From positions 103,417 through 167,416 of the forward strand of contig CBDHDY010000043.1 of the NCBI GenBank assembly GCA_965261885.1: DNA of 64,000 nucleotides. The letters run 5' to 3'. The notes below the pieces were generated by a model. That model was not told the DNA's origin and made no database searches. It was given only the letters and a program-made list of their open reading frames with translations. This document shows positions 38,516 through 47,885 of this stretch, one piece after another. How positions within the stretch are numbered: the first letter of the stretch is position 1; each line of letters begins with the position of its first letter. Both the position numbers and the translations under genes were made by a program. This DNA is from Dehalococcoidia bacterium. GTDB taxonomy: Bacteria; Chloroflexota; Dehalococcoidia; Lucifugimonadales; UBA3495.

Positions 38516-39487
38516 TCACACCTTGGACCAGACCTGATCGGCCAGCAGTTCCATATCGCGAATCATCTCTTCTTGGCTGCTGGCCAATTGGGCAACCGGT
38601 ACGAAGGCGGCGATCAAGTGGCTTACTCCCATGTCCTCGTACCGCCTGATGTCCGACGCTATCTGCGCGGCGCTGCCGGTGAAGGTTGGCCGGTCTGGGG
38701 AGTCAGGCATACCGCCGTTGGTGTGGAGGTTGTAGCCATGCATTCGGCAGATAACCTCCACCGAGCCCTGGGGCCTGCTAGCCCGTTCCACGTACCTGTC
38801 CAATCTCTTCATAGCGGCAACGATCTGCGCGGGAGTCGTTAGAGGGAACTGGTTGTTGGTCCCGATCGGTTGCCAGCCGTCGCCCAGCTCGGCGGCGCGG
38901 CGCATGGCCCGGCGGCTCTCGCCGCCCACCCAGATGGGGGGATGCGGCTTTTGCACCGGCTTGGGCAGGAAGGACAGGTCAGAAAAGCTGTGATACTTTC
39001 CTTCAAAGCTCGGGGAGTCGCTGGTCCAGAGTTCCTTGAATATCCGGATGTATTCGTCAGTAACCGCTCCTCGTTCTTCAAAGGGTGGCGTTTGCAGGGC
39101 CTCGAACTCTTTTCGCAGCCAGCCAACCCCGACACCCACGGTCATCCGGCCATTGGACAGCACGTCGATGGTGGACAGTACTTTGGCGGTGAGAACCGGG
39201 GGCCGGTGAGGTACGATCATCACGCTGGTTACCAGCCTGATGGACTCAGTCTGACCGGCCAGAAAGGCGAGCATGGTGAGCTGCTCCGTGGCCTCATTTG
39301 TGTCAGTAGCCGGGAAAACACCGGACTGGGTATAGGGGTAAGGCGAATCGACATCATTGGGCAGAACGACGTGGTCCGGAAACATCATGACCGCGAAGCC
39401 GAGTTCGTCCGCCTTCCTGGCAATGGGGATGATGTTTTCGGGCAGGGCCAAGTCGCCTCTTGAAGGCAACATGATTCCGTATTTCAT
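38516..39487 (-). CDS. LLM-class F420/flavin-dependent oxidoreductase (paralog 4)
   Basis: 323 aa starting MKYGIMLPSRGD...GFAVMMFPDHVV. SD GAGGAGG. Confidence 0.85.
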   Translation of the reverse strand: MKYGIMLPSRGDLALPENIIPIARKADELGFAVMMFPDHVVLPNDVDSPYPYTQSGVFPATDTNEATEQLTMLAFLAGQTESIRLVTSVMIVPHRPPVLTAKVLSTIDVLSNGRMTVGVGVGWLRKEFEALQTPPFEERGAVTDEYIRIFKELWTSDSPSFEGKYHSFSDLSFLPKPVQKPHPPIWVGGESRRAMRRAAELGDGWQPIGTNNQFPLTTPAQIVAAMKRLDRYVERASRPQGSVEVICRMHGYNLHTNGGMPDSPDRPTFTGSAAQIASDIRRYEDMGVSHLIAAFVPVAQLASSQEEMIRDMELLADQVWSKV

Positions 39488-39562
39488 GGCTGGACCTCCT
39501 CTAAACTATCCGCTCCCCAAAGCTGCAGGCGCGGTTGGAGGAATACGTAGTGACTCACCACG

Positions 39563-39598
39563 AGAAATAAAACGGGCGGAATGCAGGCCGATTCCGCC
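39563..39598 (-). terminator. intrinsic terminator inside the 5' region of the LLM gene
   Basis: Minus strand reads GGCGGAAT-cggcctgc-ATTCCGCC followed by CGTTTTATTTCT. It lies 76 nt upstream of ATG 39487. Confidence 0.55.
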
Positions 39599-39943
39599 TT
39601 CACTGACAAGGGCGAGACCTACCACCTAACGAGTCAGTATCCCACCACTGCCTGCCCGATTATACAGCCCAGCCCCTGGGCAGGACTTCGAGATGATGGG
39701 CTGCGACATAGAGATGGGAAATTCGCTGAACATTGCCCCTGATTGGTCCTGGGCTCTGCTAACCAACCAGTTGCCCGCTTGAGTCATCCTGGGTTAGAGT
39801 CCACGCCAGAACAGGCGGATGACCCATAGTCCCTTTCGACACTCCGACTCCGGATGTTGAGCCTCAAATTCCCGCTTGCACGCTCGATAAGAATAAGTCA
39901 GCTTTGAAAATTCCCGGTAAATTCCCGGTGGAGGTAAATAGCA

Positions 39944-40705
39944 ATGCCGTTCTATGAAAGAGGCCCCAGCCGCATTTACTACGAAGAGGCCGGTTCGGGA
40001 TTCCCCCTTATGATCATTCCGGGTGGCGGACTTAATTCCAGCCTTGCATCCCTTACGACGTCGGTGCCCTTCAATCCAATGTTGACCTACAAAGACGACT
40101 TCCGATGCATCGCCGCCGACCTGCGAAATGCCAACGGAGGCCAGTCCAGCGGCCCACTGGAGATCGACCGCCCCTGGGACGCCTACTCCGAGGACCAGCT
40201 TGGGCTGATGGACCATCTCGGCATCGAAAAGTTCGGGGTCATTGGCTTCTGCATCGGCGGGCCCATGATCCACAACCTGCTCAGGCTGGCCCCGGACCGC
40301 ATCGTGGCTGCGGCGTTGATGCAGCCCAGTGGGTTCAGGCCGGAGACGCCGGATATTTTCTACCAGAACAATATCACCGGGTGGGGGCCGCCCCTTTGCG
40401 AGAAACGTCCTGAAATCACGATGGACACGGTCCATGACTTCCTGACCAGTATGTATACCGACCGCGCCGACTTCGTTTTCACCGTTTCCCGCGATTTCGT
40501 GCGTGCCCTGCAGACACCACTGCTGATAGCACCCGACGATGTCCCGGCGCATCCCTACGCGTGCGCGATGGAAGTAGCCAACCTCGCCCCGAACTCCGAG
40601 GTGACAATCTATCCCTGGAAAGACACCCAAGAGCATATCGACGAGGTTGTAGCTCACGCCCGGCGCTTCCTGAAGACCCATCAACCGGCAACGGCAACAG
40701 CCTGA
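39944..40705 (+). CDS. alpha/beta hydrolase
   Basis: 253 aa with ..GFPLMIIPGGGLNS..FGVIGFCIGG... SD GGTGGAGGT. Confidence 0.8.
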   Translation: MPFYERGPSRIYYEEAGSGFPLMIIPGGGLNSSLASLTTSVPFNPMLTYKDDFRCIAADLRNANGGQSSGPLEIDRPWDAYSEDQLGLMDHLGIEKFGVIGFCIGGPMIHNLLRLAPDRIVAAALMQPSGFRPETPDIFYQNNITGWGPPLCEKRPEITMDTVHDFLTSMYTDRADFVFTVSRDFVRALQTPLLIAPDDVPAHPYACAMEVANLAPNSEVTIYPWKDTQEHIDEVVAHARRFLKTHQPATATA

Positions 40706-40856
40706 CAAAACCATACACCCAGACCCATTTGAGACCCCGCCCGCAACCGGCAGCTTCCCGTTTCAGGCAGCCAGGCCAGGGAACCCATCCTTCCAGCACC
40801 GTACGCGCGTATTCCAGTCCTCCGCACCGTAGGGGCGCATTCCAAACCGAAACGGC

Positions 40857-40885
40857 GTAGGGGCGGGTTTCAAACCCGCCCCTAC
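40857..40885. terminator. hairpin GTAGGGGCGGGTTTCAAACCCGCCCCTAC between convergent genes
   Basis: Perfect 12-bp stem. Same core as 20363-20384. Confidence 0.55.
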
Positions 40886-40898
40886 CACTACCACCTGC

Positions 40899-41993
40899 TT
40901 AGGAACGCAGTTCCTGACCCGTGTCCGACGCCTGCTTGAGGGTATCGATGAAGCGGTGCAGGTCAACCGCATCATCGAACGTCGGCGCGCGGTTCTGTCC
41001 GGTTCGGATTGCCTCGGCGAACAGGGTATACAACTGCCCGATGTTGAAGGGATCGCCCTTGGGGAAGTCCGAAGGCACATAGACGAAGCGCTCAGGTATA
41101 TCCAGGTCCTGCAACTCCTGGCTTCCCCTTGCGCCCTGCACCCGCAGCATCTCGCCGCGCTGCGAGGAGACGCTCCCAGTAGTGATCAACGTACCTTCCC
41201 GTCCGTAGATCTCCATTCGATAGCCGCTGCCGGCCCAGGGGGCAGCCCCGACATGGACCGACGCTGCCGCGCCGCTCTCCAACTGTCCGCTGACTCTCAC
41301 ATTGTCCGGGGATGTTACTTCCACAAACTGCTTGGTATCGGTCTCGTACCACTGCTTGGCCTGGGTGCTGACCATGCACGCCACCCGCGCGAAGTTACCA
41401 GCCACGAAGCGCAGGGCGTCGATGACGTGTCCGTTGGCGATGGTCAGTGTATGCGCGCCCAGGCTGGCGTCGCGCTGCCAGGTGCGGCTGGAAGGGCGTT
41501 CCAGCGCGCCGTCGCGCATGGTGATCACTGAACACGAGAGCACCTCGCCCACGTAACCGGCCTCAATTTGCTCCTTGACGAACAGCAGTGCCGGACTGAC
41601 TCGCGATTGCAGGCCCACTGCCGTTTGCACACCCTTGGCCCGGGCCAGGTCTGCAAGCTCCTCGGCTTCGGCGGTATCCTGTCCCAGGGGCCACTCGGTG
41701 AGAACGTGCTTGCCCGCCTCGATGGCGGCCTTGGTTGCCTCATAGTGCGATGGCACCCGCACAACCACGGCCACCGCTTCGATCTCCGGCGACACTGCCA
41801 TTTCCCGGAAATCGTGGAAGGCCAGCTTCGCTCCAAAGGCTTGGCGGGCCTCTTCCGCGCTCTCGGGCCGGGTGGTGCAGACCGCTGTGAACTCTACATC
41901 CGGGCTGGCCAGTAGCGCCGGGAAGTGCGACTGGGTGGCCCAGGTCGAGTTTACGTTCGCACCCACAAACCCCAAGCGAATCTTGTTAGTCAT
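40899..41993 (-). CDS. Gfo/Idh/MocA family oxidoreductase
   Basis: I prefer ATG 41993 (MTNKIRLGFVGANV), with GGAGG 7 nt upstream. The track start is at 42020. Confidence 0.85.
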   Translation of the reverse strand: MTNKIRLGFVGANVNSTWATQSHFPALLASPDVEFTAVCTTRPESAEEARQAFGAKLAFHDFREMAVSPEIEAVAVVVRVPSHYEATKAAIEAGKHVLTEWPLGQDTAEAEELADLARAKGVQTAVGLQSRVSPALLFVKEQIEAGYVGEVLSCSVITMRDGALERPSSRTWQRDASLGAHTLTIANGHVIDALRFVAGNFARVACMVSTQAKQWYETDTKQFVEVTSPDNVRVSGQLESGAAASVHVGAAPWAGSGYRMEIYGREGTLITTGSVSSQRGEMLRVQGARGSQELQDLDIPERFVYVPSDFPKGDPFNIGQLYTLFAEAIRTGQNRAPTFDDAVDLHRFIDTLKQASDTGQELRS

Positions 41994-42421
41994 TACGCGA
42001 CCTCCATTGATTGCTGGCATCCTTCATTATCATTGCTGTAGCGGCGGCCAAAGTGGCGGGCAGCAACCCGAACCGCGTATTCCACTTCAGGCAAGAGGCC
42101 TGCGAAACCCTGTTGTCCCAGACACCAATGGGTGAAGGCCTCACCTTTGATGGCTCCAGCTCCGCGCACGGGGCCGAGATGGCCGGCTGGCGATTGAAGT
42201 CAGATGGGCATTGGCCGGTTTTGTTACAGTCCCGCCGGTAGGACGGCCCCTGCCTGGAATGGGGACTCTGGTACTGATGAAATCGGCTACCCCATTGGCA
42301 GAAGGGCGGGCGGGTGCCCCCACCGTAGTTTTCCTCCCAACTAAAGACGAGTGAGGCGATTGGACTTTGACTACGCAAATCTGCCATCCCACCACCGGGT
42401 CCGTTATCACGGCACAAGGAC

Positions 42422-43555
42422 TTACCCCAGGGATTTGGGATTGATCGGAGTGGACATGGCCTGGACTTCAGGAAGGACTTTCTCGGCGAAGAGTCTGAGG
42501 CTTTTCTCAGCCTTGTCTCTGGGCATCCCACCGTAAAACATGTGGACCACGATCTTCTCCAGGCTGATCGTGCTCTGCAGCGATTTGATCCTTTCGATTA
42601 TCTGGTCCGGCGTGCCGATGGGTTGGGTTGCGCGCCGGGCGGCGAAACTGGCATCGGCGGTACCGACGTCTGCAGTCTGGCGTGCCAGGTATTCCTCGTA
42701 GCCGTGGATGCCTTCGTAGCCCGGATTGTTCCACTCGAAGTAGTGGTGCTGGGCGGCAGTGAGCTGGTTGTGGAAGTAGGTCCTCCCCTCTTCGGCTTCC
42801 TCAGCGGTCTCGGCACAGTACATCCACAATAGAGTGGTAGGCTGGTCGGGGGGAAGGCCGAGTTCTCTCCGAATCGCGTTGAACCGTCTCACCTTGTCGG
42901 TCATCACCTCGACATCGTCGCCGGCAACAAACATCTGCCCAAGGCCGTTTTCGGCGGCCATTCTCGCGGACGCCTCTGTCGTAAACGCAACCTTGATATC
43001 CTTCGTAAGTTCACCCTTATGGCGGGCCTGTGGCCGGATGGTGGTTGGTGGAATGTCGTAGACCTCGCCCTTGAACTCGAACCGCTCCGCCCCATCAGAT
43101 GCCTTGATGGCGTTGATCACATCGTAGAAATACTTGTGCGACTGTTCTATTGGATAGCCCAGCGAGGCATACTCGTGAGGGGCGATGCCACGGCCGATTC
43201 CCAGGTGGAGGCGCCTGCCTTTCAGCAGGACGTCGAGCATGGAAATTTCGGAGGCCAGCCGGACCGGATTCCACCACGGGGCGACGATGACCGCCGTGCC
43301 CACATCAACGCGGCTGGTGCGGCCCGCCCAGTACGCCAAGTACTGCAGAGGGTTGGGCTGCATCGAATAGGCGGATCCGTAGTGTTCGGTTGCCCAGATG
43401 GAATCGAACCCGAGCGGCTCGACCAGCTCCCCCATATACAGGGTGTCATCCAGGTTCGCGGCGTCCGGTACCTCCGGAGGGCGGTCATAGTCTTCCGCCA
43501 TCAGACGAGGCCAGTCCCCTTGGTTGTAACCAGTGACCATCACTCCACAGTGCAT
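42422..43555 (-). CDS. LLM-class flavin-dependent oxidoreductase (paralog 5)
   Basis: I prefer ATG 43555 (MHCGVMVTGYNQGDW...), SD GGAAGGAGG. The track extension to 43942 runs through repeat copy e. Confidence 0.85.
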   Translation of the reverse strand: MHCGVMVTGYNQGDWPRLMAEDYDRPPEVPDAANLDDTLYMGELVEPLGFDSIWATEHYGSAYSMQPNPLQYLAYWAGRTSRVDVGTAVIVAPWWNPVRLASEISMLDVLLKGRRLHLGIGRGIAPHEYASLGYPIEQSHKYFYDVINAIKASDGAERFEFKGEVYDIPPTTIRPQARHKGELTKDIKVAFTTEASARMAAENGLGQMFVAGDDVEVMTDKVRRFNAIRRELGLPPDQPTTLLWMYCAETAEEAEEGRTYFHNQLTAAQHHYFEWNNPGYEGIHGYEEYLARQTADVGTADASFAARRATQPIGTPDQIIERIKSLQSTISLEKIVVHMFYGGMPRDKAEKSLRLFAEKVLPEVQAMSTPINPKSLG

Positions 43556-43716
43556 CCCTGTATTCCTCCTTCCGATCAACATGCTCAATCCAGATGCAGG
43601 TTGATCCTCAGCACGGCAATTCGACATCCCAGTATAACTGTTCCTTCGGGCAACCACCGGGAATCGGAATTCGCATCCCCGTTGGCCTCGAAAGGTATAA
43701 GACAGTGTGCGGCAGT

Positions 43717-43875
43717 CACCAAACCCTCTGGGAGAAGGTTGGGGTGAGGGCATCCCACTGGCTTTGCAGGAACAACGAAGGCGATCCAACCATGGCCTGA
43801 TTAGGTTGGAATTGGTATTTCCCACACCCTCTACGGGCGATAGCCCCGCGAAGGACGCCAGGAGAAGGTGGAATC
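43717..43875 (+). repeat. structured intergenic repeat, copy e (most diverged)
   Basis: AACCCTCTgggAGAAGGTT, GGGGTGAGGG, inner hairpin CCAACC..GGTTGG, CCCACACCCTC, CGGGCgataGCCCG. Confidence 0.5.
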
Positions 43876-44028
43876 TTGGCAGAGACATTACAATGGGGAG
43901 CATCCTACAGAACATGGGGCACGACCCACCTGCCTTTGCCACGAGTTTCGTTGACCAAACGCCGGGATAGGTTGAGCCTGACCCGAGCTGGACCGAGAAC
44001 CCAAAATCGTCAATTCGGAGGCCCTCAA

Positions 44029-45789
44029 ATGCCAGTCAAAGGGACCACGCTGACCAGTTTTCGTCCATTGATGCAGGGCGTCAACGGCATGGTCGTAGCC
44101 AGCCACCCCAGTGCTGCCATGGCCGGTCTGGAAGTCCTGAAAAAGGGCGGAAACGCCATTGATGCCGGGGTGGCTGTTGGCCTGGCGCTGAACGTGGCGC
44201 ATGTCGATGATTGCAGCTTCCTGGGCGTGGCGCCCACGGTCATATACCTGGCTGACCGGAAGGAAGTCACCACTGTTGACGGGCTCGGGGTCTGGCCCCA
44301 AGCCGCTTCGGTCGAGTACTTTCAGAAAAATCACGGCGGCAAGATGCCCGCCGGGGTTCTCACGTCGCTGACACCCGCCGCCGCCGATTCGTGGATAACG
44401 TCCCTGTCCAAATTCGGCACGATGACTTTCGGGCAGGTGGCGTCTGCGGCCATAGACCTGGCTGGGAACGGATTCCCCATGTACCGCTACCTCGCCGGAC
44501 GGTTCAAGACCGCTTTCGACCAGTACAACGCCCACCCATCCACCGCCGAAGTTTACCTGCCCGGCGGTCGCGCCCCCAGGCAGGGCGAGATGTTCTACCA
44601 GAAGGACCTCGCCGCCACGCTTTCCAAGATCGCGGACATAGAGTCTTCGAATGCCGGAAAAGGCCGGGAAGCCGCACTCAAGGCGGCCAGGGACTACATC
44701 TACACCGGCGAACTGGGCCGCAGAATCGTCGCATTCAACCAGGAAATGGGGGGCCTGCTCACCGAGGAAGATCTGGCCCGGTATCACGTCCAGGTAGCTC
44801 CGCCGGTTACGGTTAACTACAAGGGATACGACGTCTACAGCACAGGCCCGTGGGGCCAGGGGCCAACCTTCCCCCAAGCCCTCAAGATCCTGGAGGGATA
44901 CGACCTGGCGTCCATGGGCCATAATTCCGCCGAGTACATCCACACAGTGAACCAGGCCCTAAACCTGGCCTTTGCCGACCGGGAGCAGTACGTGGGCGAC
45001 CCGGACTTTGTGGACGTGCCAATGAACGAAATGCTATCGGAGGAATACCTTGCCAAGCGCCGCTCCTTGATTGACCCGGACATGGCCTGGCCGGGCACGC
45101 CCCCGGCGGGAGACCCGCGTAACGGGAGGGCGACTTTCGACGGCGCCCCGCAGTCTCCAAGAGAGGCAGCTGCCCCGGTCGCCAAAGCGGGAGTCAGCGG
45201 CGGCGGGACTTCCTACTTCGCGGTAATCGACCGGGATGGAAACATCTTCTCCAGCACCCCCAGCGAGGGCACCAAGAACGGCGGGCCAATCATCCCCGGC
45301 ACCGGCTTGGCGTTCTCATTGCGCGGCACCCAGTCCAAGCTGACCGAAGGTCATCCGGCAGCTATTGCCGGAGGCAAGCGCCCCAGGCTCACCCCGGCGC
45401 CGGCGCTGGTGTTGCGGGACGGCGAGGCCGTGATGGCGCTGGGGGCGCACGGCGGCGACCATATCCCGCAGGGAACGCTGCAACTGCTGCTGAACGTCCT
45501 GGAATTTGGCCGCGACCCGCAGGAGTCCGTTGAGGAGCCCCGTTTCTTCAGCTACAACTTCCCCAGTTCCAACTGGGCGTCGAAATACGAACCGGGGATG
45601 CTGCGGCTGGAAGGCCGTATCTCCGATGATGTGGCCGAGGAACTGCGGCGCAAGGGCCACACGATCGAGATGTACCCAGACTGGTGGGAGGGTTCGGCCC
45701 TATACTGTGTCATCACCCGCAACCCGGAGACCGGAGTACTGCAAGGCGGCGCCGACCCGCGCTGTGAGGCCTATGCCGTCGGTTTCTAG
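44029..45789 (+). CDS. gamma-glutamyltransferase family protein
   Basis: I prefer ATG 44029 (MPVKGTTLTSFRPLMQGVNGMVVASHPSAAMAG), SD GGAGG. No signal peptide seen. Confidence 0.85.
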   Translation: MPVKGTTLTSFRPLMQGVNGMVVASHPSAAMAGLEVLKKGGNAIDAGVAVGLALNVAHVDDCSFLGVAPTVIYLADRKEVTTVDGLGVWPQAASVEYFQKNHGGKMPAGVLTSLTPAAADSWITSLSKFGTMTFGQVASAAIDLAGNGFPMYRYLAGRFKTAFDQYNAHPSTAEVYLPGGRAPRQGEMFYQKDLAATLSKIADIESSNAGKGREAALKAARDYIYTGELGRRIVAFNQEMGGLLTEEDLARYHVQVAPPVTVNYKGYDVYSTGPWGQGPTFPQALKILEGYDLASMGHNSAEYIHTVNQALNLAFADREQYVGDPDFVDVPMNEMLSEEYLAKRRSLIDPDMAWPGTPPAGDPRNGRATFDGAPQSPREAAAPVAKAGVSGGGTSYFAVIDRDGNIFSSTPSEGTKNGGPIIPGTGLAFSLRGTQSKLTEGHPAAIAGGKRPRLTPAPALVLRDGEAVMALGAHGGDHIPQGTLQLLLNVLEFGRDPQESVEEPRFFSYNFPSSNWASKYEPGMLRLEGRISDDVAEELRRKGHTIEMYPDWWEGSALYCVITRNPETGVLQGGADPRCEAYAVGF

Positions 45790-45829
45790 TCTCGGAGGCA
45801 AATGCTGACAATTTTTCGGAGGACTACGG

Positions 45830-47188
45830 ATGCCTGATCTGAACGACCTGCTGGACCAAGTCGATGAGATGCGCGACGAGATCGTCGCGCTGGAACAGGA
45901 CATGGTTCGCATCCCCACGGTCAACACTGGCTTCATGCCCACCGGCAACGAGACCGAGTTGTGCCGGTACATCGAGGGATGGCTGGCCGAGGACGGTATC
46001 GCCAGCGAGACCATTGAGTCCGCTCCGGATCGGGGCAACCTGATTGCCCGGCTGGAAGGCAGTTCGGGGCAGGCCGGGCTCATGTTCATGTCCCACCTAG
46101 ACGTGGTGCCGGTGGAAGAAGAGGAGAAGTGGTGGTTCCCTCCGTTCAGCGCCACGGTGGCCGATGGCCGGGTCTTTGGTCGCGGAGCGTCGGACTGCAA
46201 GGCCCTTCTCACCTGCCAGTTGATCGCCATGCGGATTCTCAAGCGGAACGGGGTCCAGCTCAAGGACAGCCTGATCCTGGCCTCCTGCGCCGATGAGGAG
46301 CATGGCGGCCGCTACGGGTTTGGCTGGATGGCCGACAACCACCCGGAGAAGCTGGCGGCTCCCCTGGCCGTGAACGAGGGCGGCGGAGTTCCCATCGAGG
46401 CGGCAGGGAACCTGACCTACCTCCTGGGAGTGGGCGAGAAAGGGCGATTGCAGCTGGAGATCGATGTCCGGGGCTCCAGCGCTCACGCGTCAACCCCGTG
46501 GCAGGGCACAAACGCTCTGTTCGGCCTGTCGGAAGTGGTGAAGCGGATCGAGGCCTACGAGGCAGAGCGGGACACCTCCACCAGCCTGTTCGAGCATCTG
46601 TCGGTTTTTGCCATCGAGGACAGGCCGTCGGCGGCAAACATCGACCAGATAATCGCGGACACCGAGGACAGGAACCCGCGGTTCGCCTCGATCATGCGGG
46701 CGCTGTCACGCATGACCATCACGCCCACCATGATTCAGGGCGGCATCAAGTCCAACAGCGTTCCTGAGTCGGTCCGGCTGACCTGCGATGTCCGGACGCT
46801 GCCGCATCAGGACGAGGCCTACGTCCGGCAGGAGCTGGAGAAGATACTCGAGGGGATTCCGGGGGTCGAGATCGACATTGATTACATGTCGATCCCCAAC
46901 TCCTCTCCCTTTGAGACGGATTTTGCCCAGCGTATCCAGATCAGCACCGCGAGGGCCTTCGGGCGGGACGACATCCAGTGGGTGCCATCGCTGAGCACCG
47001 GGTTCACCGACTCCCGCTTCACCCGCAACCTGGGGACCACCACATACGGCATGGTGGGCTCCCACCCAGACGACGACCCGATGCTGGCCAACATTCACGG
47101 CACCAACGAATCGGTGGGCATCCAGAGCCTGATGAGCGGGTCGCGAATCATGCTGGCGCTGGCCTACGACATACTGGCCGAAGAGTAG
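45830..47188 (+). CDS. M20 family metallopeptidase (ArgE/DapE/CPG2-like)
   Basis: 452 aa with ..LMFMSHLDVVPV..GRGASDCK... SD GGAGG. Confidence 0.85.
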   Translation: MPDLNDLLDQVDEMRDEIVALEQDMVRIPTVNTGFMPTGNETELCRYIEGWLAEDGIASETIESAPDRGNLIARLEGSSGQAGLMFMSHLDVVPVEEEEKWWFPPFSATVADGRVFGRGASDCKALLTCQLIAMRILKRNGVQLKDSLILASCADEEHGGRYGFGWMADNHPEKLAAPLAVNEGGGVPIEAAGNLTYLLGVGEKGRLQLEIDVRGSSAHASTPWQGTNALFGLSEVVKRIEAYEAERDTSTSLFEHLSVFAIEDRPSAANIDQIIADTEDRNPRFASIMRALSRMTITPTMIQGGIKSNSVPESVRLTCDVRTLPHQDEAYVRQELEKILEGIPGVEIDIDYMSIPNSSPFETDFAQRIQISTARAFGRDDIQWVPSLSTGFTDSRFTRNLGTTTYGMVGSHPDDDPMLANIHGTNESVGIQSLMSGSRIMLALAYDILAEE

Positions 47189-47217
47189 GCGCAGTTACGC
47201 TCAAGCCCTGAATTATT

Positions 47218-47260
47218 GACCGGAGGCGGTGCGATGGTTACCGCCTCCGGTCCTTTCTTG
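47218..47260 (+). terminator. intrinsic terminator
   Basis: GACCGGAGGCGGT-gcgatggtt-ACCGCCTCCGGTC, then CTTTCTTG. Confidence 0.7.
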
Positions 47261-47357
47261 AACTACTTCCAGTCAATCCACCGGCGGCCCCACACTGGCA
47301 TCAGGAACCCCTGCTGCCGAATGGCCTATGTGTCGAGGCCGACTTCTTAGAGCCTGT

Positions 47358-47885
47358 TTACAATCTCTTCAGGATTAGCACCGTGAAGGCGAGGACCACC
47401 ATTTGCAGACTGGTATTGAGCTTTCCCTCGCAGTTCTTCCATAGTCGGCGACACTTCTCCAGCCAGGCGAAGGACCGCTCCACCACCCAGCGTTTCGGCA
47501 GCACCACGAAAGTGTGCAGTTCATTGCGTTTCACCACTTCTACCGAGGCTCCCAGCAGGTTCTGCACCGTCGCGGCGAAGGGCTTCCCGGTGTAGCCCCC
47601 GTCGGCCATCACATTCTGCACCCGGCTCAGGTCGGCCCGGCTTTGTTCAAACATCGCCAAAGCCCCGGCCCGGTCGGTAACGTCGGCGGTGGTCACATGA
47701 ATCGCATGAGGCAACCCCTGGCTGTCCACCGCGACGTGGCGCTTGATCCCGGACACCTTCTTGCCCGCGTCATAGCCCTTGTTACCGGCACTGTCGGTGT
47801 TCTTGACGCTCTGGGAGTCCACGATGCAGAAGCTGGTCTGCTCGCTCCGTCCATTGCTTTGTCGGGCCGCGCCAACCGATTTTTT
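47358..47885 (-). CDS. IS5-family transposase, orfB (DDE) frame
   Basis: ..FCIVDSQSVKNTDSAGNKGYDAGKKVSGIKRH...MADGGYTG...VVERSFAWLEKCRRL. This frame is open from 47885 and is +1 relative to orfA. Confidence 0.85.
   Translation of the reverse strand, partial: KKSVGAARQSNGRSEQTSFCIVDSQSVKNTDSAGNKGYDAGKKVSGIKRHVAVDSQGLPHAIHVTTADVTDRAGALAMFEQSRADLSRVQNVMADGGYTGKPFAATVQNLLGASVEVVKRNELHTFVVLPKRWVVERSFAWLEKCRRLWKNCEGKLNTSLQMVVLAFTVLILKRL

Noticed and set aside
43556-44028. Long N-terminal extensions of track ORFs 42422..43942 and 43876..45789 (similar cases: 20467..21906, 37292..38503, 14038..16647)
   Set aside because: The extensions cross intergenic repeats or neighbouring genes. They lack homology-like sequence, and strong SD-plus-ATG sites exist at the internal starts I used.
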